64,000 nucleotides of DNA from an uncultured virus (IMG/VR IMGVR_UViG_3300020057_000040) (lineage: Duplodnaviria; Heunggongvirae; Uroviricota; Caudoviricetes), in IMG/VR virus record IMGVR_UViG_3300020057_000040. One strand, written 5' to 3'. The notes under the pieces are model-generated. The model saw only the letters and a list, made by a program, of their open reading frames with translations, made no database searches and was not told the DNA's origin. Made by a program: the position numbers and the translations under genes. Every line of letters begins with the position of its first letter. The first letter of the stretch is position 1. Below are positions 25,000 to 34,462 of the stretch, piece by piece.

Positions 25000-25740
25000 T
25001 TAATAATTATATTTTTTAATCGGAACTAATAACGGGTCTGCTGATTTTGCTTTATATCTTACTTTAGGCGCAATATATTTGAATTTTAAAACCTTATTTT
25101 CATTATTTTCATTTTCTTTTTTATTTAACCTTTTTTTTAATCGGTTTATTTTAAAGTTATAATGTTTAGTAAATTGTTTTTTATCAACCGATTTCTTTAA
25201 TTGAATAAGTATTATTTCAATATTAACTAAACATTGAAAATATGTTTCAATTATTTTTTTAGTTTCTTTGTCTTTGTTGTATAAAAAATAATTCGGGTCT
25301 TTACCTAAATTAACACTTGGTGAATTATAATTTTTTTCTTCACGTTTAACCTTTTGAATTGCTTGTATTAATTTAACACATTCGCAAATCATTTCTTCAC
25401 GCTTACCTTTTTCAAAATATGACCAAACTAATTTTATATTATAAGGAATTTTATAAAAAAGATTATTATATATTTTCTCATCAATAGTACATTTCAATTG
25501 AGATAAAACTATCTCAACATCAACTAACTCCTCAACGTAGTTATCAATTGATTTTCTTTGTTGTAAATTAGGTTTAATAACACGTAATTCACCTAAATCT
25601 TGTTTGTAGTTCTGTATAGCCTGTATAAGTTCGCTACATTCCTCAATCATCATTTCACGTTGATTACTGAAACCGAATAATGAAACTACTTTTTTGTATA
25701 ATACGATATTTTTCATTTTATTAATTTTTATTTTTGTCAA
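25000..25740 (-). CDS. MazG-like NTP pyrophosphohydrolase fold protein (duplicated module)
   Basis: IEECSELIQAI ... VEELVDVEI, followed by a degenerate second copy. Confidence 0.6.
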   Translation of the reverse strand: MTKIKINKMKNIVLYKKVVSLFGFSNQREMMIEECSELIQAIQNYKQDLGELRVIKPNLQQRKSIDNYVEELVDVEIVLSQLKCTIDEKIYNNLFYKIPYNIKLVWSYFEKGKREEMICECVKLIQAIQKVKREEKNYNSPSVNLGKDPNYFLYNKDKETKKIIETYFQCLVNIEIILIQLKKSVDKKQFTKHYNFKINRLKKRLNKKENENNENKVLKFKYIAPKVRYKAKSADPLLVPIKKYNY

Positions 25741-26486
25741 ACCATCCTGTAATTAAATGAACAGACGGACAATGTTTAGAACACTTAAATATTTCAGTCA
25801 AAGGGAATTTATCATCATCATCAGAAGTGGTAATATCAACTTTTATGTTTTTGTCTTTAATTTTTTCAAGAATTTCAATTAATTCTTTTCTGCTTACATA
25901 TCCAATAGGTGAATGACTGTAATCAGCATATACAACGCTATGTTCATTCCAATTAATATCTTCTATATCTATATTTCCGCCTTCAAGGTGAAGCGTTTGA
26001 CAGTTCCCGCATTTATAAATTAGTTTCAATAAATGAATATCACAGTCTTCATCAATAGGATGCAAAACAACGGGTGCTTGTTCAGGTGATTTATTAAACA
26101 CATCACCTTTCAATGTTTCTAAAAGTTCACCTGCATTAATAAAATCCGTTTCTGATTTATTTTTAGAAAATGCTATAATCGGTTGTTCATCTTTATTCAT
26201 TTTCATTTTTTTAATGTTATGTATATTTTGTATAATTGTTTTATTTTTAATCCTGAATTATTATCCTTATCACCATTAATAACATATCCATTATTTCCTT
26301 CATAAAAATTTAACTTTACAAAGTTAAAGAAGTTTACCGATTGTTGTTCGCTAAAAACATCCATAGCATCCAAAGCAGTTTCAGTATAAACCGAAGGAAA
26401 ATGTTTGGTATGTATTGATTCCATTCCTTTGATGTGCTTTGTATGGCACTCATTCAGTATGTCAATGTTTTTTTTAATCATTTTAT

Positions 26487-26534
26487 CCGTCCTCACGAAC
26501 AAGCCCCTATCCCTTTAGGGTAGGGGTGATTGAC
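26487..26534 (-). mobile_element. Solo copy of the IscB-element left end / omegaRNA 5' hairpin
   Basis: Near-identical to 18491-18538, with no nuclease gene attached. Confidence 0.8.
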
Positions 26535-27144
26535 CAACTTTAATAGTTCGGCTCTTTTTGTGTCGTTACTCATATCCACTTAATCTATTTCTTTCAACAA
26601 TATATTTTTTAAAAGCGTTCATAAAAGCAGTTACATCTTCCTCGTAAGATGTGTCAGGGTCGTAGTATTCAAAATAAACCTTTTTTGATATTTTATCTGA
26701 GAAAATTAAATCGTATTTTTCACTCCAATCTAATTCTTTAGATTCAAAAATGTGATATGCCTTTCTATAAAGTTGATGTAAAAAGTCAATGCTGTTTTCA
26801 TCAATAGTATCATTTTCTTTAGCGAAATTGTAACTTGCTACCATAGCATCACGCATATCACCATAGGAAATATGTGAACTATCAGATAACTCAGGATTAT
26901 TTTTATTAATGTAATCTTCTATAAAATCGTTAATTGACATAAAATACCGTATTTGACCACCACGAATGTATTTAAACCATTTAACTTATCAAATAGTAAG
27001 TGATTTAAACTTATTAACAATGGTAATTAACAAATCAAGGCGTTTTACTTTGATAAAAAGTTCAAATAAAGCTGTTTATGTGGTTATTAACCATTATATT
27101 TGTATTTCCTACCTAAACCGTATTGACCGTATGATTTGGTAAGT

Positions 27145-27189
27145 AGCCCCGAATATTATCAACTTAATATTTCGGGGCTTTTCTTTTTT
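27145..27189 (+). terminator. Intrinsic terminator
   Basis: AGCCCCGAATATT...AATATTTCGGGGCT followed by a T-rich tract. Confidence 0.7.
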
Positions 27190-27214
27190 ATTAAAAAATA
27201 ATTATATTTGTATT

Positions 27215-27460
27215 ATGTTTACGTTTCGCATCGTGGTAACACGATAAGTTTTTGAGGACGTTCATTTTGGACGAGGGTTCGATTCCCTCCGATTCCACTC
27301 AGGTAGTACAAAATATTTGGGTTCGATGGGTTTTGACAGATGAAGTAAGTTATGAGAATTAGAGGCGTAAAATAGTCATAACAGGCGAAGATTTAAAGAT
27401 GGCAGCATAATCTTCCCGATAGGGAACATTTATTGCCTCCTACTTCGGTAGGTCGATAAA
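27215..27460 (+). ncRNA. ssrA: Circularly permuted (two-piece) tmRNA; outer boundaries approximate
   Basis: T-arm and 3' acceptor (GACGAGGGTTCGATTCCCTCCGATTCCA, ending 27297) precede the 5' piece GGGTTCGATGGGTTTTGAC (27319). G3:U70 pair present. Tag reading frame GEDLKMAA* at 27384-27410. TATATTTG promoter at about 27203 and terminator at about 27462-27492. Confidence 0.85.
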
Positions 27461-27932
27461 GAACCTCCTTGTGAAAACTTGGAGGTTTTTTATTTTATTT
27501 TTATTATTATATTTGTTCCATATCAAAAAAACTAAAAAATGGATTTAAAAGAATTAAAAGAACAGTTAATATTACAAGCGGATGTAATTAATGATGAGGA
27601 AACAATAAGGATTATATCTAAGGAAGAAAATACTGATGATAACGAAGAATGTATTTGGGTGTCTGATGTATTAGTTTTTTCACGTCCAAATGATAAGTTT
27701 TTAATTCGTAATTTACATAAGGATAACAAGAAGGAACATATCATCACAGATTCAGAAGGTGTAGTATTTTACTTTAAAGGTTGGAATGATGCTTGTGATA
27801 ATTTCCTTTCATCAGTAAATAATGAAGAAGAAAAAAGCGAAATATACATTAAATCATATCTTGAAACAATGGAAAGTTTCTGTAAGAGTGAAAGACAGAA
27901 ATTAGAAAAATTGAATAAGTAAAAATTTAAAC

Positions 27933-29033
27933 ATGAAAACTTTTTTCATTAAATTTGGACTGTTCGTTGTTTTTTGCTTTGCTGTTGCAAAGTGTGCAGA
28001 AACAGACAATCAGGCATTAGAAGAAGAAGCTAAAGCACTTCCGATATTTTTTGCACCAAAACAATCTCCATTCGCTCATAACGTCGGCATCGGCTTTAGT
28101 GTTGAAGAAGCTAAATGGTTTACTGACCCTTCAATTAAATATAACCAAGCGTTACAACGTCAATACACCTACGGACGTTTATTAAATATTTCAAAGAGTT
28201 TTAAATTAATCCGTATTTATTCTTATTTTATTTCAGGTTGGGAACAAACAGGAACATTAAGTCCCGAAGGATATGCACTAACACAGGTAGCGTTAAAAGA
28301 TAAATCAGTCGAAGCATTAATAGGAACATCAAATAATATTTTATGGTATTCAGATAGTAATAATGTTCAAACTTATATTGATTCAATACAAAGTAAATTC
28401 GGAACTTCAATATCACAAGTAAAAGGACTTTTAATTGGTAACGAGATTAACGCAAATAGTTACACTCAAATCAATATAACAACAATCATGTCAAATTTCA
28501 GTAAAGCACTCACGAAAAATAAACTCAATATTCCTGTTTCAATTACATTTAATAATTTACCAATTCAATCAGGTGATTCTTATTCTGATTCTCTTATCGC
28601 TTCATTTATTCGTGGTTGGAATCCAATATGGAATGGTAATAATCCATTTGTATTTATTGACCCGTATCCCGATGCACAAGGTATTGGTAATGCAGTAGGT
28701 GTTTACAAATGGCAATACAACGTAACAAAATATTATCAAGCTAAATATCCTTCATTACAAATTTTTATTGGTGAAACAGGTGCGGAAGGAAGTTCATCTG
28801 ATTACAGAACAACGGTTGTAGTAAATTCTATATTTACTCAATTAAATAAACAGTACGATAGTATTCAGAAAACAGTTCCATCATTTATTTTTGAAGCCAT
28901 AAATGAATCCTTAAAACCAAATAGTCCTAATCAACAATGGATGGGAGTTTACCTTGATAGTTCTAAGCCAAGTAAAACAGATATTATTTTAAAATCAGGA
29001 ATTAAATTACCCACTTGGATTAATAAACAATAA
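27933..29033 (+). CDS. Secreted glycoside hydrolase, GH17-like (clan A TIM barrel)
   Basis: N-terminal signal peptide, IRIY, IGNE (acid/base), IGETG (nucleophile) and FIFEA motifs. Confidence 0.7.
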   Translation: MKTFFIKFGLFVVFCFAVAKCAETDNQALEEEAKALPIFFAPKQSPFAHNVGIGFSVEEAKWFTDPSIKYNQALQRQYTYGRLLNISKSFKLIRIYSYFISGWEQTGTLSPEGYALTQVALKDKSVEALIGTSNNILWYSDSNNVQTYIDSIQSKFGTSISQVKGLLIGNEINANSYTQINITTIMSNFSKALTKNKLNIPVSITFNNLPIQSGDSYSDSLIASFIRGWNPIWNGNNPFVFIDPYPDAQGIGNAVGVYKWQYNVTKYYQAKYPSLQIFIGETGAEGSSSDYRTTVVVNSIFTQLNKQYDSIQKTVPSFIFEAINESLKPNSPNQQWMGVYLDSSKPSKTDIILKSGIKLPTWINKQ

Positions 29034-29043
29034 AATAAACCAA

Positions 29044-29458
29044 GTGAACTACCCCTACCTTAAAAGGTAGTGGCTTCGGAAACGAAGCCCAAGTTCACAA
29101 GACTAAGTTCTCAGAAACGGGAGCTACGATTGAAAACTCATAACACCAACGGTTAACGCAATAGACCGTTGCTCTGTTGATTACATTTAAGAAGGGTCAA
29201 GGGATAGGCTTGGTGATGTAGTCGAAAAAAGGTTTTTAATCATTGTCGAATTGAAGTCGGATTTTTGAAATGGTTACAGTTTCAAAATACGCATTACCAA
29301 CCGAAAGGTTGTGTTTGGTCAGAAATGACCGATTTTATTCAAATGGAACTGCAAGGATTAATTTCTTTGCAGTTTCAAATGGATTTTTTAAAAACAAAAT
29401 GAAAGCGTTGAGTTCGCTTACATCCCATAGCCTAAAGGCATAGGGGTTTTACGCTCAA
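29044..29458 (+). mobile_element. ORF-less IS200/605 element consisting of an omegaRNA (HEARO-like) plus right end
   Basis: GTGAACTACCCCTACCTTAAAAGGTAGTGGC start, CACCAACGGTTAACGCAATAGACCGTTGCTCTGTTG hairpin and CATTGTCGAA motif; right end near-identical to those at about 17030-17090 and 62711-62772. Confidence 0.8.
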
Positions 29459-30296
29459 AAAGATAAATAAATAAATAAATAAAATAAAAAAAACAACAGC
29501 TATGAGCAATTTAAAAACACTTTACGAGAAAATTAAAGCGATTCCTTCTTTACCTAAAGACATCGAAACAGAGTTAAATCCACGTAACGGAGATGACGTA
29601 CCTTACATTTATGTTGATGGTTTTTCTGTTGATATTGATGGAGAAGATTTTTATGCTGTATCGGATGAAACTGATGCAGTTGAAGATTTCGCAGGAACAG
29701 AAGACCAAATTGTAGAATTTTTCAAAGGACTTTACGATGCCTACATTCAAGAAGAAATGGATGAATCAAAATCAAACGAATATTATAACAAGGGTTTCAA
29801 TTTAACTCTTGCTACATCAGAAGGTGATGATGATGATAGTGAAGAAGAAGAAGCGTAAATGATTACCGAAATACAAAAAAGATTATTTGACTTCATGGCT
29901 CTGTACTATGGACGTACTAAGTTAGAGAACGAAAATGATTATCAGGTAATGTTAGCGATATACAAGGAGATTTATCCTTATGAGCAAATACCTGAAAATT
30001 GTATCGGTTGTCGTGGCGAACTTCTGAAAAAATTACAATTTCATTACGAAACTTTAGCAGGAAACGGAACGTTCAATTAAAATTAATCGTTCTGATTTTC
30101 AGATACTTATTAAATATTTGTAAAATATATTTGCATATATTAAATTTGTTTGTCTAAATTTGTATCCTATTGAAGTGGGTAAAATTGCTTTTTCGGGTAG
30201 GAAAATCCTGTGAAAGAGAACAAGTCAAAAGAGATAACGAATACAATAGCTTTTTTGAATCCCTGAAATAGAAAACTTAAAAATTAGAAACCGCAA

Positions 30297-30431
30297 ATGT
30301 TACAAGTAAAAAATATTCAAACATCAATTTGGCACACGGCAGCGATAAAAGGCTGTGCAGTCATTTCTACTACCTTTATGAATACGGAGAAGGGGAATGA
30401 TTATGCCGATGTCGGGGTAACTTGTGATTAA
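30297..30431 (+). CDS. Leader peptide of tRNA operon 1 (44 aa)
   Basis: MLQVKNIQTSIWHTAAIKGCAVISTTFMNTEKGNDYADVGVTCD; contains TGTCGGGGT, complementary to the terminator 5' arm. Confidence 0.7.
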   Translation: MLQVKNIQTSIWHTAAIKGCAVISTTFMNTEKGNDYADVGVTCD

Positions 30432-30454
30432 ATACTTGAAAAAATATTAAATCC

Positions 30455-30485
30455 AAACCCCGACAGAAATGTTGGGGTTTTTTGT
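30455..30485 (+). terminator. Attenuator terminator ahead of tRNA operon 1
   Basis: AAACCCCGACA-GAAA-TGTTGGGGTTT followed by TTTG. Confidence 0.85.
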
Positions 30486-30651
30486 TTTACAAAAGTTTTA
30501 AAATAGTTCTTTGAAAAAGTATTGAAAAAAAATTGGCTACGGCTTTTAACCAACAAACTTGCGGACGATGGTTACGGAAGCGAGAGTGTGGCAGTAGCCG
30601 ATGAAATTAATTAACGAGTGATGATATAACGGGGAGAAAGTACGACTGTAA

Positions 30652-30756
30652 ATGCAATTTCTTGTCCACTTTGCAACTTCTCAATCATCCCAATAGAGAA
30701 AATATGACACAAAAAAATGCAACTTCTTGTCCACTTTGCAATTTTCTCAAATCACC
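30652..30756 (+). repeat. Two-copy direct repeat of about 38 bp
   Basis: AATGCAA(T/C)TTCTTGTCCACTTTGCAA.TTCTCAA at about 30651 and about 30716. Confidence 0.75.
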
Positions 30757-30773
30757 GTTGATTAAAATATTAT

Positions 30774-30856
30774 GCCTATTTCGCATAGTGGTCGATTGCA
30801 CCTGATTTGTAATCAGGATACGAAAGTACACGGGAGTTCAAATCTCTCAATAGGCT
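30774..30856 (+). tRNA. tRNA-Thr(TGT)
   Basis: Cloverleaf; anticodon arm CCTGA-TTTGTAA-TCAGG. Confidence 0.85.
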
Positions 30857-30870
30857 CAGTAAAATAAAAT

Positions 30871-30943
30871 ATCGTTATAGCTCAGTTGGCAGAGCATCGG
30901 GTTCATATCCCGAATGTCGGAAGTTCGATTCTTTCTAACGATA
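30871..30943 (+). tRNA. tRNA-Met/Ile2(CAT)
   Basis: Anticodon arm TCGGG-TTCATAT-CCCGA. Confidence 0.85.
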
Positions 30944-31401
30944 CAGTAAAAAAATGTTCTTTGAAATATTAAAATATTCGATAGGTGTAAGCGGAACGCA
31001 GAAACCGAATTGAATAGAGCGAGTTACCATGTAAGATTTTAAACAGTTAGCTGTTTATTATTTGTGTCGGTGAGAAAAAGACGGCTGTTAGCCCCACTAA
31101 GGCAATCGCATACAAACGTTGACCCGATGAAAAATAACTTCAATGAAGTTTGGAAGTGTAGAGATTTTGTTATTGGTATTGTTTTGCTTTGGAATAAAAA
31201 TATTTTTGGTTGGAGGTTCGCCTCTCTTTTTGGATGTACAATTCAGGAATTACAAAATCGGAAATAAAGCAAAGTAATACTAATGATTAATGATTGAAAC
31301 GCAAACTGATTTGATGAAACACACTTGGAAATCCTTTCTGTGCTGAAAGGAGAAAACACAAAAGCACACAGATGTTCTCGCTCTTAAAATATTTTTTAAA
31401 T

Positions 31402-31475
31402 ACGCAATTAGCTCAGTTGGTCAGAGTACGATACTGATAATATCGAGGTCGGGTGTTCAAATCACTCATTGCGTA
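31402..31475 (+). tRNA. tRNA-Ile(GAT)
   Basis: Anticodon arm CGATA-CTGATAA-TATCG. Confidence 0.9.
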
Positions 31476-31478
31476 CTT

Positions 31479-31554
31479 TGCGGGGTAGAAAAGTGGAAAT
31501 TCATGGGGTTCATATCCCCACCATGCGAGGGTTCGATTCCCTCTCCCGCTTCCA
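31479..31554 (+). tRNA. tRNA-Met(CAT), initiator-like
   Basis: Anticodon arm TGGGG-TTCATAT-CCCCA, unpaired 1:72 position, encoded CCA. Confidence 0.85.
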
Positions 31555-31557
31555 TTT

Positions 31558-31632
31558 GGACGAGTAGCTCATGGTAGGCAGAGCAGTTGATTGTTAATCA
31601 AAAGGTAGGAGTTTCGACCACTCCCTTGTCCG
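31558..31632 (+). tRNA. tRNA-Asn(GTT)
   Basis: Anticodon arm TTGA-TTGTTAA-TCAA. Confidence 0.8.
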
Positions 31633-31663
31633 CAACAAAAATGTTCTTTGATAAAATAAAAAT

Positions 31664-31737
31664 GGGATATAGGTGTACTTGGGTTGCATACCATACTGTC
31701 TATATGGTGGTGTCGGGTTCAAATCCCGAATATCCCG
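31664..31737 (+). tRNA. tRNA-Asp(GTC)
   Basis: Anticodon arm CCATA-CTGTCTA-TATGG. Confidence 0.85.
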
Positions 31738-31749
31738 CAACAAAAAAAT

Positions 31750-31819
31750 GCACGTCAGGCTATTGGCAGCCAAGCGGATTCCAACCCCGCAGGACAGAGT
31801 TCGATTCTTTGGATGTGTG
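31750..31819 (+). tRNA. tRNA-Trp(CCA)
   Basis: Anticodon arm GCGGA-TTCCAAC-CCCGC; T-arm GTTCGATTC. Confidence 0.75.
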
Positions 31820-32786
31820 CGTAGTAGAGTAGAGGCATTATGGGGCAAAGTCTTATTGTATGTAAATACGATGTAGAAAAATCCCCGCCTTGCTCGGAAA
31901 TTGAATATTAATAAATTAAAAAAAATGTTTTTAACTTGGGAATGAAAATAAAATATGCAGAGTAGGTTTACAAGACCGATGTGATTCGACGGGATGCGAA
32001 TGGAAAAAAGTATTTGGATACTGTTGTTCAAATACCGTGAGGGTAGATAACGAAGTTGCAAAAGCAAAAAATGTTGAAGTAAAAAAAATATCAACTTTAA
32101 AAAGTATAAATAAAAAAACGCTTAAAAAAGATATTCAGGAAAAAGAACACTTCCTGAAAAAAATAACAGAACCATCGAAAGATGATTTTACAAAAAAAAT
32201 AAACATTCCAATTCAAGATGATTGGATTAAAAAAATAAAAACAAATGAAAACGGACTTAAATTTTTTCGTGAATAAAGATGCAGGGCGATTTATCGTTCA
32301 CAGTTATCGTACAGGTCGCAAATATTTTGTCGAGCCTATCGAGAACGAGCATACTCCAATATGGGGTGATGTGAACCCCGCCACAGGAAAAATTGAAGGT
32401 GCGTATGGCATGAAGCATCGTGGTGGTATCAAAGAAAAAGAATCTTTGATTACAAAAGAAAATGGATTTAGTAAAATTCATTATACAGGTGTTGGTAGCT
32501 CACCATTAAGTTACATAACTGATTTGGATGAAAAATATCCATCTCTAAAAAATTAGAAATAATGAAAACGTATAAGGTAAATTTAAAAAATAAAGAAAAT
32601 GAAGTTGTTTTAACACATAATTTGTTTGCATGGAATGATGAAGATGCAAAAGAAAAGTGTGATGTTTTAGTAAATAGTGCAAGAAATAAAAATGTAGTTT
32701 CGGCTACGTTAGCTTAAAAAAAAATAAATAATGAAAACAAAATCAATTAAAATGGAAACAGACGAACCCTTTGAGCGTAGATATAT

Positions 32787-32859
32787 GTTCGGGTCGTCTA
32801 AAGGTTAGGACGTTTGGTTTTCAACCAAAAAATAAGGGTTCGATGTCCCTTTCCGAATA
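32787..32859 (+). tRNA. tRNA-Glu(TTC)
   Basis: Anticodon arm TTTGG-TTTTCAA-CCAAA. Confidence 0.8.
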
Positions 32860-33030
32860 CAGAGTAAAAAATTGTTCTTTGAAAATATTGGTTATTAGTA
32901 AATCAGCTTCCGTGAGTGCTAAGTTTTCGGTAGCAGTAAGAACCGACGAAAGTATTGAAAGATACCTGACGGAATAATTAAGGTAACGGTGGCATATACG
33001 TTAATCTAACTGAAACTAATAACCTTTAAT

Positions 33031-33106
33031 GCGGGAATAGCTCAATTGGTAGAGTATTAGCCTTCCAAGCTAAATGTTGCGAGTTCGAGCCTCGCTTCCC
33101 GCTCCA
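33031..33106 (+). tRNA. tRNA-Gly(TCC)
   Basis: Anticodon arm TTAGC-CTTCCAA-GCTAA; CCA end. Confidence 0.92.
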
Positions 33107-33115
33107 ATAAAATAA

Positions 33116-33186
33116 GTTCCTATGACCGAAGGAATAGGTGCATCTCTGCAAAAGATGATATAGTGGTTTGAATCCACTTAGGAACT
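33116..33186 (+). tRNA. tRNA-Cys(GCA)
   Basis: Anticodon arm CATCT-CTGCAAA-AGATG. Confidence 0.85.
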
Positions 33187-33545
33187 CTGAAATAAAAAAA
33201 GTAAAAATGAAAAATATAAAATCACATAGATTGAAACTTTAAGTCATTGGTGAGCAAAACCAATGGCGATAACTTTCAACGCTATGAAAAACATGAAACG
33301 TGCCGAAAGAAGGTACAAAAAACAAACTAAGTTTTTAAAAAGAATAAAAGTTTGGACTACGGGTATGTATCAATTCAACCCGATAACATTAAATGAATTG
33401 AAAAAAAATATTTTAGAAGGTAAATCACACACCTTCTTAAAAACAACAAGCCGTCCTTGTAATTGTTATTGTTGTACGTATTTAAAATATAATCGTACAC
33501 CGAAACATAAAGTGATGAAGGAGGCATTTAAAGAATAATAAATTC

Positions 33546-33617
33546 GGACGTATAACTCAGGGGTAGAGTAACGCCCTCATAAGGCGGAGGTCGGTGGTTC
33601 AAATCCATCTGTGTCCA
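33546..33617 (+). tRNA. tRNA-Met/Ile2(CAT)
   Basis: Anticodon arm CGCC-CTCATAA-GGCG. Confidence 0.85.
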
Positions 33618-33659
33618 CAGTAAGAAGTAAAATGATAGAAGTATTTTGAATTAAAATTT

Positions 33660-33733
33660 GGGGATGAAGCACAATTTGGCTGTGCAAAGGCTTTGCAAGT
33701 CTGAGGTTGTGAGTTCGAGGCTCATCATCTCCA
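33660..33733 (+). tRNA. tRNA-Ala(TGC)
   Basis: Anticodon arm AGGC-TTTGCAA-GTCT; G3:U70. Confidence 0.85.
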
Positions 33734-33747
33734 CATAAAAAATAAAC

Positions 33748-33820
33748 ATGGGGTTAGCTCAGTTGGTAGAGCGTTTGCATTACAAGCAAAATGTCATTGG
33801 TTCGATTCCGATACTCCATA
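33748..33820 (+). tRNA. tRNA-Val(TAC)
   Basis: Anticodon arm TTTGC-ATTACAA-GCAAA. Confidence 0.88.
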
Positions 33821-33915
33821 CAAAAACTAAAAATTAAAAAAATGATTGCTACAAGATATAAATTTTTAACTGTTACTTTTTCGTCAAAGCGAAAGAGTAA
33901 ACGTTATTAATTATA

Positions 33916-33988
33916 TCCCCTTGTAGCTCATTGGTAGAGCTTCCGACTTTTAATCGGAAGAAAAAAGTTCGATTCTTTTCAGGGGGAC
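33916..33988 (+). tRNA. tRNA-Lys(TTT)
   Basis: Anticodon arm TCCGA-CTTTTAA-TCGGA. Confidence 0.8.
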
Positions 33989-33996
33989 AAAATAAT

Positions 33997-34063
33997 GTCC
34001 CTTTAGCTGTTAGGTTTATTTTTAATGAGAGGGTCATGGGTTCAAATCCCATAAGGGACACCA
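33997..34063 (+). pseudogene. Degenerate, D-arm-less tRNA-like gene (TTT-like loop)
   Basis: Intact acceptor stem GTCCCTT/AAGGGAC plus ACCA and T-arm ATGGG-TTCAAAT-CCCAT; D-arm missing. Confidence 0.65.
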
Positions 34064-34120
34064 AGAATTTTTTAAAATAAATTTTTTACTTCAAATAAAA
34101 TAAATTACATTTGCATCTCA

Positions 34121-34186
34121 ATGTACAGCACACGGGAAATAAACAATACTACATCACTTCGCCTCCGAAGACGAAGGATTATATAA
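34121..34186 (+). CDS. Arg-rich leader peptide of the tRNA-Arg operon (21 aa)
   Basis: MYSTREINNTTSLRLRRRRII; Arg codons CGG, CGC, CGA, AGA, CGA, AGG; promoter TACATTTG at 34106-34113. Confidence 0.75.
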   Translation: MYSTREINNTTSLRLRRRRII

Positions 34187-34253
34187 TTATTGTTCCCAAT
34201 CTTCATTTTTTTCAAGAAATTTTATAGGTTAATATCGGGAACGTAAATACTAC

Positions 34254-34326
34254 TTTCCCGTAGTTCAATTGGAAGAACAAAAATTTTCTAAATTTTAGGT
34301 TGTGGGTTCGACCCCCATCGGGAAAT
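34254..34326 (+). tRNA. tRNA-Arg(TCT)
   Basis: Anticodon arm AAAAT-TTTCTAA-ATTTT. Confidence 0.85.
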
Positions 34327-34339
34327 CAAAAAAAAATAT

Positions 34340-34413
34340 GGTTTCGTAGCTCAATTGGATAGAGCATCGCACTACGGATGCGAAGGTTGGGAGTTCGAGC
34401 CTCTCCGAAATCA
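34340..34413 (+). tRNA. tRNA-Arg(ACG)
   Basis: Anticodon arm TCGCA-CTACGGA-TGCGA. Confidence 0.9.
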
Positions 34414-34462
34414 CAAAAAGTTATTAACGGATAGAATTTAATCAAACTAAATTAATATATTT

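Noticed and set aside
32940..32975. Hammerhead ribozyme (CGAAA ... CTGACGG)
   Set aside because: The core does not match CUGANGA and the stems do not assemble convincingly.
31587..32977. ORF-track calls at 31587, 31594, 31673 and 32771 (also 33873, 55872, 56009)
   Set aside because: They overlap clear tRNA genes and are spurious.
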